Part shown: positions 28,034 through 37,600 of the stretch, one piece after another
Position numbering within the stretch: position 1 is the first letter of the stretch
Layout of the letters: each line of letters opens with the position of its first letter
Origin: a bacterium
GTDB lineage: Bacteria; Sysuimicrobiota; Sysuimicrobiia; Sysuimicrobiales; Humicultoraceae
NCBI GenBank assembly: GCA_036004665.1
Contig: DASYRG010000008.1
Location: 82,754-146,753, forward strand
Direction of reading: 5' to 3'
Length of the DNA stretch: 64,000 nucleotides
The notes under the pieces: generated by a model
What the model saw: the letters and a program-made list of their open reading frames with translations, nothing else
Told to the model about the DNA's origin: nothing
Database searches by the model: none
Position numbers and translations under genes: made by a program

Positions 28034-28158
28034 GTGTGATGGGACCGAGGCGTCAGCGACCCTCTGGAGACCTGGTCAGTGGGGGTACCGGAGGGTCAAG
28101 ACCCTCCGGAGGCATCGAGGGGGAAGGCCGGACGACCCGGCGAATGCTTGGGGGGCGC

Positions 28159-29700
28159 ATGGCCTCCCCCGATCTCTTTCTCGAACTGCGAAACATCAGC
28201 AAGCGGTTTCCCGGCGTCGTCGCCAACGACAAGATCAGCCTGGCCGTCCCCACCGGGGAGATCCACGCCTTGGTCGGAGAGAACGGGGCGGGCAAGTCCA
28301 CCCTGATGAAGATCCTCTACGGCCTCTACCAGCCGGACGAAGGAGAGATCATGGTGCGAGGGGCGCCGGTGCGCATCGCCGGGCCGCGGCGCGCGCTGGA
28401 GCTGGGCATCGGCATGGTGCACCAGCACTTCATGCTCATCCCCGTCTTCACGGTCGCTGAAAACGTCATCCTGGGAAGCGAACCGGGGCGGCGGGCCCGT
28501 CTGGATACCGCTCGGGCGATCGAGCAGATCGAGCTCGTGACCAGACAGTACGAGTTCGACCTCAACCCACGCGAACTCGTCGCCAACCTCTCCGTGGGTG
28601 AGCAGCAGCGCGTGGAGATCATCAAGGTCCTCTACCGTGGCGCGGAACTGCTCATTCTCGACGAGCCGACCGCCGTGCTGGTGCCCCAGGAGGTGGAGGA
28701 GCTCTTCGCCAACCTGCGCCGGCTGCGCGACCAAGGCAAGACGATCATCTTCATCAGCCACATCCTCGACGAGGTGCTGGCGATCGCCGACCGTGTGACC
28801 GTGCTGCGGCGCGGCCGGGTGGTGGGCACTGTGCCGTCGGTGGAGACGACGAAAGGGCAGCTCGCCGAGATGATGGTCGGGCGCCCCGTGCTGCTGCAGG
28901 TCACGCGGCCGGAGATCACGCCCGGGGAGGTGCGGCTGGCCGTCGAGGAACTGGTGGTGCGCGGGGCCCACGGTCGGCCGGTCGTGCGCGACATCACCCT
29001 ATCGGTGCGCCGCGGAGAGATCTACGGGATCGCCGGCGTCCAGGGGAACGGACAGACGGAGCTGGTCGAGGCCATCGTCGGCCTGCGGCCCATCGCCTCC
29101 GGCACCGTGCGGGTGGACGGGAACGACGTGACGCGGGTCGGCACCCGCCGCGTGCGCCTGGCCGGTCTCGCCCACATCCCGGAGGACCGGCACCATCGGG
29201 GCCTGGCGCTGCCCATGCAGGTCCGGGAGAACCTCGTCCTTGGCCATCACCGCCGCGGGCTCTTCACGAACGGTCCGCTCCTCGATCTGGCGGAGATCGA
29301 GGCCTTCGCCCGCGAGCGCATCCGGGACTATGACATCCGCTCCCCCGCGACGACCACGCCCGCCCTCGCGCTGTCGGGCGGCAATCAGCAGAAGGTCATC
29401 GTGGCGCGGGAGTTCGCTTTCGCCCCCGGGGTCCTGCTCGCCGCGCATCCGACCCGCGGATTGGACGTCGGGGCGACCGAGTTCGTCTGGCGGCAGCTGA
29501 TGGGCGCCATGGCCCAGGGCATGGCGGTCCTCCTGGTCTCAGCCGACCTGGACGAGATCCTCTCGCTCTCCGACCGGATCGGGGTGATGTACCGCGGCGA
29601 GCTGGTGGCCGAACTCTTCCCGGGGGAGGCCACGCCGCAGGAGCTGGGACTGTACATGACCGGGACGAAGCGCGCCCCGACCGAGCAGGCCGCCGGATGA
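28159..29700 (+). CDS. ABC transporter ATP-binding protein with duplicated ABC domains (sugar/nucleoside type); the start could be the ATG at 28144
   Basis: GENGAGKSTL and GVQGNGQTEL Walker A motifs, two LSGGNQQ-type signatures. Confidence 0.85.
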   Translation: MASPDLFLELRNISKRFPGVVANDKISLAVPTGEIHALVGENGAGKSTLMKILYGLYQPDEGEIMVRGAPVRIAGPRRALELGIGMVHQHFMLIPVFTVAENVILGSEPGRRARLDTARAIEQIELVTRQYEFDLNPRELVANLSVGEQQRVEIIKVLYRGAELLILDEPTAVLVPQEVEELFANLRRLRDQGKTIIFISHILDEVLAIADRVTVLRRGRVVGTVPSVETTKGQLAEMMVGRPVLLQVTRPEITPGEVRLAVEELVVRGAHGRPVVRDITLSVRRGEIYGIAGVQGNGQTELVEAIVGLRPIASGTVRVDGNDVTRVGTRRVRLAGLAHIPEDRHHRGLALPMQVRENLVLGHHRRGLFTNGPLLDLAEIEAFARERIRDYDIRSPATTTPALALSGGNQQKVIVAREFAFAPGVLLAAHPTRGLDVGATEFVWRQLMGAMAQGMAVLLVSADLDEILSLSDRIGVMYRGELVAELFPGEATPQELGLYMTGTKRAPTEQAAG

Positions 29701-30848
29701 GCTCGAGCACCCGCTTTTTCTTCCTCCAGGCCGGGGCCCTGGGCCTGGCAATCCTGTTCGGTGCCCTGGCCGGGTCGGTCATTCTGCTGGCGATCAACGA
29801 GAATCCGCTCGAGATCTACCCCCTGATCGTGCGCTTCAACCTGGCGCGCATCGACAGCGTCGCCGCCATCTTCTACCGGGCCACGCCGCTGATCCTGGCC
29901 GGGCTGGCCACCGCGCTGGCCTTCCGCGCGAACCTCTTCAACATCGGGGTGGAGGGGCAGGCCTACGTCGGCGCCGTGGCCGCCGCCTTTGTCGGCTTCG
30001 CCGTGGGCGGCCTGCCCAGACTCGTGCACCTCCCGCTGACGATCCTCGCGGGCATGCTGGCCGGGATGCTCTGGGCCCTCCTGCCCATCGTGCTCAAGCT
30101 GCGGCGGGGCGCGCACGAGGTCATCACCACGATCATGATGAACGCGATCGCGGGCGCCCTCGTCCTGTATCTCCTGGAACCCGGCCTGCTGCGGGATCCG
30201 GCGCAGGCCGGGACCCCGCGGGTGCGCACTCCCGACATCCTCCCCAGCGCCCTAATGCCGCTGCTGCACCCGGCGCTGTCGGCGATTGGGTTGGAGATTC
30301 CCGGTTCCTCCCGGCTGAACTGGTTTCTCCCGCTGGGGATGGCGCTGTGCGTCTTCTTCTTTTGGGTCCTGCGGCGCTGGCGGTTCGGCTTCGAAGTGCG
30401 CGCCGTGGCCCACAACCCGAGCGCGGCGGAGGCGGCGGGCATCTCCACCCAGCGCGTCCAGTTCCTCATTTTCCTCCTCAGCGGCGGCGTCGCCGGGATG
30501 GTGGGACTCTCCGACACCCTGGCCTTCTTCGGGTACTTCGACATCGATTTTCCCAAGGGGTACGGGTTTCTGGGCATCTCCATCGCTCTACTGGCCAAGA
30601 ACAATCCCCTCGGGGTGGTGGCCGCCGCACTGTTCATCGCCTTCCTCGACCGCGGCGCGCAGGGGGTGCAGGTCTTCGCCGGCGCCCCCCGCGAGGTCAT
30701 CACCATCCTCCAGGGGTTGATCATCCTGGCGATCGTGGTGGGGTACGAACTACTGACGCGCTACATCCGGGTGCAGCTCAAGCGCGAGGCGCAGATCGCC
30801 CCGCCGCTAGCGCCGGCCTTGGCCGCGACGGGAGAGGGAGGGGAGTAG
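29697..30848 (+). CDS. ABC transporter permease
   Basis: 383 aa; multiple TM segments; follows the ATPase with overlapping stop/start. Confidence 0.8.
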   Translation: MSSSTRFFFLQAGALGLAILFGALAGSVILLAINENPLEIYPLIVRFNLARIDSVAAIFYRATPLILAGLATALAFRANLFNIGVEGQAYVGAVAAAFVGFAVGGLPRLVHLPLTILAGMLAGMLWALLPIVLKLRRGAHEVITTIMMNAIAGALVLYLLEPGLLRDPAQAGTPRVRTPDILPSALMPLLHPALSAIGLEIPGSSRLNWFLPLGMALCVFFFWVLRRWRFGFEVRAVAHNPSAAEAAGISTQRVQFLIFLLSGGVAGMVGLSDTLAFFGYFDIDFPKGYGFLGISIALLAKNNPLGVVAAALFIAFLDRGAQGVQVFAGAPREVITILQGLIILAIVVGYELLTRYIRVQLKREAQIAPPLAPALAATGEGGE

Positions 30849-31820
30849 GTGGACCTGCTCCTCACTCTCGCCAGCGCCGCCCTGCTCGCCTCGGCCATCC
30901 GGCTGACGGTGCCCATCCTCCTGGCCGCCCTGGGGGCGGTGTTCTCTGAGCGCGGGGGCGTGGTCAACATCGGGCTGGAAGGCATGATGATCATGGGCAC
31001 CTTCTGGGGAGCTGCGGTGACACATTTCGTGGCCCGGGGGTTTCCCGGGCTCGTTGCGGCCGCCCCGGACCTGGCGCCGCTGGCCGGCATGCTGGCGGCG
31101 ATGCTGATGGGGGTGCTCTTCGCGCTCCTGCATGCGCTCGTGACGATCACCTTCCGCGTCGACCAGATCATCAGCGGCGTCACCATCAACCTGCTGGCGG
31201 CGGGGCTGGCCCGCTTCCTCAACATCATCTTCTTCCGGGTGGCCACCCAGTCCCCGGGGGTCGGCGGGTTCACGGCGATCGACATCCCGCTGCTCGACCG
31301 CATCCCCTGGCTCGCGCCGCTGGTCACCGGCACCTCCCCGGTGATCCCGGCCGCCATCGCCCTCGTCGTTGTGGGACAGTGGGTGCTGCGACGCACGCGG
31401 TTCGGGTTGCGGCTGCGCTCCGTCGGCGAGCACCCCCTCGCCGCCGACACGCTCGGGGTCAACGTCATCTTGATGCGCTACCTGGGCGTGCTGATCAGCG
31501 GCGCCCTGGCCGGTCTCGCCGGCGGCTACCTGGCGATTGAGCAGGGGCGTGGCTACCTGGAAGGGATGACGCAGGGGCGCGGCTTCATCGCCCTCGCCGC
31601 GATGATCTTCGGCAACTGGTGGCCTCTGGGCGCGCTGGGCGCCTCGGCGCTCTTCGGCTACTTCGACGCGTTCAGCCTGCGCGTGGTGAACCTGCGGGTC
31701 CCCTACCAGTTCATCACCGTCCTGCCCCACATCGCCACGATTCTGGTACTGGCGGGTTTTGTCCGCCGCGCTCAGATGCCCGCCGCCGACGGCATCCCCT
31801 ACTCCAAAGAAGAGGAGTAA
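30849..31820 (+). CDS. ABC transporter permease
   Basis: 323 aa; GTG start directly after the previous stop; polytopic. Confidence 0.8.
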   Translation: MDLLLTLASAALLASAIRLTVPILLAALGAVFSERGGVVNIGLEGMMIMGTFWGAAVTHFVARGFPGLVAAAPDLAPLAGMLAAMLMGVLFALLHALVTITFRVDQIISGVTINLLAAGLARFLNIIFFRVATQSPGVGGFTAIDIPLLDRIPWLAPLVTGTSPVIPAAIALVVVGQWVLRRTRFGLRLRSVGEHPLAADTLGVNVILMRYLGVLISGALAGLAGGYLAIEQGRGYLEGMTQGRGFIALAAMIFGNWWPLGALGASALFGYFDAFSLRVVNLRVPYQFITVLPHIATILVLAGFVRRAQMPAADGIPYSKEEE

Positions 31821-31827
31821 CCGGTCC

Positions 31828-33078
31828 ATGGCCGGCCCGTTCGACCTGGTGGTCGCCAACGCGCGCCTGCGAGGCGGGGGGCCCGGAGATTCTCTCACCC
31901 ACATCGGCATCCGCGACGGACGCATCGTCGCGCTCGGCCCCGCGCCCCTGGCCGGACACATCGTCGTCGATGCGGTTGGGAACTTGGTCAGTCCCTCCTT
32001 CGTCAACGCCCACCTCCATCTGGACAAGGTCTATACGAGCGGACTGGCCGGCGAAGAGGCTCGCCGGCGGTACGCTGGAGGACGCATGGAAGGAGCGGCG
32101 GCGGCGGTCGACCTCGCCGCCCGGGTGAAGGACCAGTACGACGAGTCCTGGATCTACGCCAACGCGCGGCGCGCGCTGACCGAGGGGCTCAGGCATGGGG
32201 TGACGCACCTGCTTGCCTTCGCCGACACCGATACCCGTGCCCGCCTGGAGGGGATCAAGGCTCTGCTGCGGCTGCGCGAGGAGTGGAGGGGGAGGGTGGA
32301 GGTGCGGGTCGTCGCTTTCCCTCAAGACGGCGTCGTGCGCGACGCGGGAGCGGAGGCCTACGTCCGAGAGGCCCTCGAGTTGGGCGCGGATCTGGTGGGG
32401 GGGATCCCCTGGATCGAGGAGACCGCCGGCGCGGCGGCCGAGCACGTCGACCGGATGCTGGCCCTCGCCCGCGCCTACGACCGGGACGTGGCCATGCTCA
32501 CCGACGACGCCGGAGACCCCGCACTGCGCACCACCGAGATGCTGGCGGCCGCGGCCATCCGGGAGGGTTGGGCCGGCCGCGTCATCGCCTGCCACGCCCG
32601 GGCGATGGCGCTCTATCCCGAACCGGCTGTGCGCGACCTCGTGGCGCTGGCCCGCCGGGCGGAGATGGCCTTCGTCACCGCCCCTCACACCGGTCCTCTG
32701 CACCTGCGCGCGGCTGACCTGCTGGCCGCGGGCCTCCCCGTCGCCCTGGGGCAGGACGACATCGCCGACGCCTACTATCCCTACGGCCAGCACAACCTCC
32801 TGGAGGTGGCGTTCCTCGCCTCGCACCTGCTCGGCTGGACCACGGCCGCGGAGATGGACACCCTGCTGGACATGATCACCACCCAGGGCGCCAGGGTGCT
32901 CCGCCTCACAGGCTACGGGCTGGACGTGGGAAAGGAGGCGCATCTCTGCGTGCTCCAGGGAGAGACACCCCAGGAGGTCCTGACGAGGCACGAACCGCCC
33001 AGTGTTGTGATCAGCCACGGCAGACTCGCCGCGGAGACTCACGCGCAGACTGAAATCCTGGAGACGCCCCGCCGATAA
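31828..33078 (+). CDS. amidohydrolase-superfamily protein (cytosine/aminopyrimidine deaminase-like)
   Basis: FVNAHLHLDK HxH metal site; AAGAGGAG RBS before the ATG at 31828. Confidence 0.7.
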   Translation: MAGPFDLVVANARLRGGGPGDSLTHIGIRDGRIVALGPAPLAGHIVVDAVGNLVSPSFVNAHLHLDKVYTSGLAGEEARRRYAGGRMEGAAAAVDLAARVKDQYDESWIYANARRALTEGLRHGVTHLLAFADTDTRARLEGIKALLRLREEWRGRVEVRVVAFPQDGVVRDAGAEAYVREALELGADLVGGIPWIEETAGAAAEHVDRMLALARAYDRDVAMLTDDAGDPALRTTEMLAAAAIREGWAGRVIACHARAMALYPEPAVRDLVALARRAEMAFVTAPHTGPLHLRAADLLAAGLPVALGQDDIADAYYPYGQHNLLEVAFLASHLLGWTTAAEMDTLLDMITTQGARVLRLTGYGLDVGKEAHLCVLQGETPQEVLTRHEPPSVVISHGRLAAETHAQTEILETPRR

Positions 33079-33099
33079 CTGCTCAATGCGGGATGCAGG

Positions 33100-33160
33100 C
33101 GTTGCAACGAGGATTTCTCGTGAATCAATGAGAATCAATATGTGTCAACATATACAAGTC
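33100..33160 (+). promoter_or_regulatory. AT-rich island with GAATCAAT direct repeats and a near-palindrome ATATGTGTCAACATATAC; candidate promoter/operator of the citrate-synthase-like gene
   Basis: Sharp local drop in GC; repeats read directly. Confidence 0.4.
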
Positions 33161-33178
33161 CGGGTGGAGGGATTCGGG

Positions 33179-34363
33179 ATGACGGTGGGATTCGAGCAGG
33201 GCCTGAGGGACGTCATCGCCGTCGAGAGCACGATCTGCCAGGTCGACGGCGCCGGGGGACGGCTGCGCTATCGGGGGTATGAAATCGGGGACCTCGCCGC
33301 AGGGGCCACCTTTGAGGAAGTGGTCGCCCTGCTCTGGGACGGAGAGCTCCCGGATCAGGAGGCCCTCTCCGACCTCCGAAGCGCGATGGGCGCAGGTCGC
33401 GCCCTGCCCCCGGAGGTCACCAGAGCCATGGAGGCCTACCCTCGAAGGGTGCACCCGCTGGAAGCGGTCCGCACCGCGATCTCCCATCTTGCCATGTACG
33501 ATCCGGACCGGGGAACGGGCGAAGCACCGCTGCGTCGCACCTGCCTGCGGCTGACCGGTCAGATCGCCTCGGTGGTGGGGGCGTGGCGGCGGATCCGTGA
33601 CGGGCAGCCGCCCGTGGCCCCACATCCTGCCCTCTCGCAGGCGGGAGACTTCCTCTTCATGCTGGGCGGCGCGACGCCGGATCGGAGTGCGACCGAGGCC
33701 ATGGACGCGCTGCTGGTGCTGCACGCCGAGCATGAATTGAACGCCTCGACCTTCGCGGCCCGGGTGGTCACCGCGACCTTCTCGGACGTGCACTCCGCGG
33801 TCACCGCGGCGCTGGGGGCGCTGAAGGGCCCGCGTCACGGCGGCGCCAACGAGGACGTCCTGGCGATGCTGGAAGAGATTGGAGCGCCGGAACGGGCGGA
33901 GGCCTACATCAGCGCGCGCCTGGCCGCCCGCGAGCGGATGACTCGGGCCGAACGCGCCGAGCCCCGCGCCCGCATTCCCGGGTGGGGCCATCCCGTCTAC
34001 ACGGTGGACGATCCGCGCGCGGCCCACCTGCGGGCGGTCGGCCGCCAGGTGGCGGTAGGGGCAGGAGTCGCGGCGCTCGCCGACACCGCGGAGGCGGTCT
34101 ACCGTGTGATGAAGGCGCGCACCAATCTGCCGGTCAACGTGGACTTCTTCTCCGCCGTTGTCTACCGAGCGTTGGACATCCCCATCGACCTCTGCACCTC
34201 GATCTTCGCGGTAGCGCGGATCGCGGGCTGGTGCGCCCACATCATCGAGCAGCACGGGGGCCGTCTCATCCGGCCGCGGGCCGCCTACGTGGGCCCGGCT
34301 CCACGCGCCTTCCTGCCGTTGCAGGCTCGCGTCGGCGCCCGACCTGCACCTGCTCGCTCCTGA
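33179..34363 (+). CDS. citrate synthase family protein (short ~390-aa type; citrate or 2-methylcitrate synthase-like)
   Basis: GYEIGDLAAGATFEEVVALLWDGELP N-terminal region; catalytic His/Asp regions (GWGHPVY). Confidence 0.75.
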   Translation: MTVGFEQGLRDVIAVESTICQVDGAGGRLRYRGYEIGDLAAGATFEEVVALLWDGELPDQEALSDLRSAMGAGRALPPEVTRAMEAYPRRVHPLEAVRTAISHLAMYDPDRGTGEAPLRRTCLRLTGQIASVVGAWRRIRDGQPPVAPHPALSQAGDFLFMLGGATPDRSATEAMDALLVLHAEHELNASTFAARVVTATFSDVHSAVTAALGALKGPRHGGANEDVLAMLEEIGAPERAEAYISARLAARERMTRAERAEPRARIPGWGHPVYTVDDPRAAHLRAVGRQVAVGAGVAALADTAEAVYRVMKARTNLPVNVDFFSAVVYRALDIPIDLCTSIFAVARIAGWCAHIIEQHGGRLIRPRAAYVGPAPRAFLPLQARVGARPAPARS

Positions 34364-34365
34364 CG

Positions 34366-34617
34366 ATGGTCGTCTGGATCGAGGAGCAGGCCTTTCTCAG
34401 CGCGGCGGAGGTCTGCGCTGCACTGGGAGTGAAGCCGCAAACGCTGTATGCGTACGTCAGCCGGGGGGTGCTGCACAGCTACCGTCAGGGCAAGCGCCGC
34501 GAACGGCTGTATCTGCTCCGCGAGATCGAGGCGCTGATGCGACTCCGGCCGGCCCGCGAGCGCGGACCGCGCCGGGTGGACCTCCCCCGCGCCGACGACT
34601 GGGTCGGGGAAGTCTAA
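34366..34617 (+). CDS. small HTH protein (MerR/excisionase-AlpA-like DNA-binding domain)
   Basis: 83 aa; LSAAEVCAALGVKPQTLYAYVSRGVL helix-turn-helix; ATG overlaps the citrate-synthase-like stop. Confidence 0.55.
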   Translation: MVVWIEEQAFLSAAEVCAALGVKPQTLYAYVSRGVLHSYRQGKRRERLYLLREIEALMRLRPARERGPRRVDLPRADDWVGEV

Positions 34618-37600
34618 CTCCCGCGAAGCGGAGCAGGCTCCTCTTCCTCGATCGGAGGAAGATCATCTTCCTTGCGGAGGATTGCTCCCCTGGGGCTGGC
34701 CAGGGCGATCGCGCGCAGGTCTTCCGGCAGCGAGTCGAAGACGCGACGCAGGAGCCCGCGCAGGGTCTCGCGGTCATCTGGGCGATGGAACCACTCCCAC
34801 AGCCGCTCATACCCCCCGAGCTGCAGCGTCACGTTTTGAATCGACTCCGCCTGGGCGATGCCCGCCCTGAGTCTCACCTCCGCCTCCCCGGGCCGCCCAT
34901 CGTGGTAGGCGAGGAGGGCCTCCAGAAGGGCCAGGCTGGCCAGGTGATGCGCCGCGCCCCAGCGCTCCACGCCCGGCCGCCGATCGCGCACGAAGGCGCG
35001 CAGGTCGTCGATGCGTCCGGCCTCGTAGAGCGCCTCCCCGACCGGTCCGATGACCTCGCCGTCGTCGGGGATGAAGATGTTCCAGGGCAGCGCCAGGATC
35101 CGGTCGATCGCGCGGTTCACTTCGGCCTGATCCCCATCCAGCCTGGCGGCGAGCACGCTGGAGAGCAGCCATATCTGCTGCCACCCGGGGTTGGCCGGCG
35201 CGTCGAGCGCCAGCGCCTCGGCCAGCAGGGCGCGGGTGCGTCCCACGTCGCCGATTTCGTAGATCACCTGGGCGAGGTACATCAGAGCAAAGGGCAGATG
35301 GATCTTGGCGGTCTCCCGCAGCTCCCTGACCATCTCTTCCAGGCGGCGGAGGGCTTCGCCCCAGCGGCCCAGCCCGAGGAGGACGGGAGCGATGAAGGAG
35401 ACGGTGAAGCCCATGCGCCGGCGATCGCCGATCGATTCGGCCAGCGCGAATGCCTCCTCGCCATAGCGCAGCGCCTCCGGATAGCGTCCCCAGTAGGCGT
35501 GGATGACGGAGAGGTAGCTGATGCTGGTGGCCTCCTTGGACTTGTCGCCGGCCCGGCGTGCGGCGGCGAGCGCCTCCTGAACCGCGGCCAAGGCCTCCTC
35601 GCCGTTCGCTGCGGCGAAGTGCCCCATCGCCATCAGGTTCAGGCCGCGGGCGACACCGGAAAGATCCCCGGCCTGGCGCAGGAAGGCGATGCCCTCCGGC
35701 AGCCGCGGGTCATGGAGGACGATCTCTCCCCGGTCCCACCCGACGTTCGCCAGGTCGAGCAGAGAGAGGCCGAGCGTGCGCCGGTCTTCCGTCTCGCGCG
35801 CCAGGATCGCCGCCCGGGAGAAATGCTCCTCTGCCTCGTCGAGCCGCAACTCACGGTGGTGGATAAAGCCCACACGCTGCTCCATCTGTGCTTCCAGCCT
35901 GCGGTCGCCTGCCGCCCGCGCCAGCGTCAGGGCCTGGGAAAAGTCCGTGAGGGCGTCGGGATAACTGCCGCGAAGTTGATGGACCTCGCCGCGGTCGCGG
36001 GCCAGAGTCGCGAGCTCACCCGGAGGGAGGCCCGCCCGGCTCGCCGCCTCGAGGGCCTGATCGAAGAGGCGGAGCGCGTCCTCATTGGCATAGAGTCGGC
36101 GCGCCTTGTTGGCCGCGCGGTGGAGGTAACCGGCCGCGCGCGCATCGTCCCCGGCCGCGCGTGCGTGCTCGCCGAGGATGTCGATCACATCCTCGGTGCG
36201 TTCGCCGAGTGTCCCCTCCAGCCAGCGGAGGGCCTCGGCGTGCGCTCGCTGGCGCTGGGTCTTCGGCAGCAGCCCGTAGGCGACGTCGCGGGTGAGGATG
36301 TGTCGGAAGGCGTACTCCGGTTCGCCGATGGCCGAGCGGGGCCGAGCAACCACGAGCTCCTTGCTGATCAGGGCGTCGATGGCCGGCTGCACTGCGTTCT
36401 CCTCGAGACCGGCGAGGGCACGCACGGCGGAGGGCCAGAAGGCCCGCCCCAGCACCGAGGCGGCCTGCAGCGCTCGGCGTTCATCGGGGGGGAGCCTGTC
36501 GATGCGGGCGGTCAGCACGGCCTGGACGTTGTCAGGAATCGCGCCGCCCGGTCCGCCCCCTTCCATCAGCATCCGCACGAGCTCCTCGACGAAGAGGGGG
36601 TTCCCCTCGGCGCGCTGGGCCACAGCCTGACGCATTTCGGCGGCGAGGCCCTTGCTGCTGAGGGCGGCCACGAGGGCCTCTGCCTCCTCGGGGCGGAGCG
36701 GTTTCAGTTCAAAGGAAATGGCGTTTCGCCCGCCGCCGCCCCAGTTGCGCCGCCGCTCCAGCAGCTCCGGCCGGGTGAGACACATGACGAACACCGGCGC
36801 CTCGGCGATGCGTTCCACCATGGCCGAGATGAGGTCGAGGACCCCATCGTCCGCCAAGTGCAGGTCCTCCAACGCGAGAATCACCGGCCGGGCGGCGGCG
36901 AGTCCCACCAGCACCCCCTGCCACGCGTCGAAGAGCGCGCGGCGCAGCTGCTCCGGGTCGGCGGCGGCCTCGGGACCGCCATCGGCGGCGCCGAAGGTGA
37001 GGAGCAATCCCTCTAGTAGGGCCTCGCCCCCCTCGCCGAGCGCCGCGGTCAACCATTCGCGCATCTTCGACCGTACGATTTCGGGGCGATCAGTATCCAT
37101 CAGCCCGGCCTGTATCCGCAGGATCTCCAGCAGGGCGTGGTAGCCGATCTGCCCGCCGAAGGCCACGCCGCGGCCCCGCAGCACCAGGGGCGGCGGATCA
37201 TCGTCGCGCACTTCGGCCAGGAATTCCCGCAGGAGGCGGGATTTGCCGACGCCCGCCTGCCCGAACACTGTCACCATCTGCACCAGGCGGTCCTCCCGGC
37301 TGCGCTGGTAGAGATGGCGGAGCAGGCCAAGTTCGCCGTGGCGACCGACCAGAGGAGCGGCGATCCGGTGGTCCTCGGGCGACTCCGGGAGAGGCGCCAG
37401 GGCGGTCCAGACCATCAGAGGGGCGGACTTCCCCTTGACCGTGAGCGGAGGCAGCGGCCGGTAATCGATCGCCTCCTTCGTCGCCCGGTAGGTGCGCTCC
37501 CCCACCACCACGCTCCCGGCGGGCACGTTCTGCATGATGCGCGCGCCGCTCGTCACGGCGTCGGCCACGAGGAAGTCCCGGTCGAAGGTCGACCCCGATG

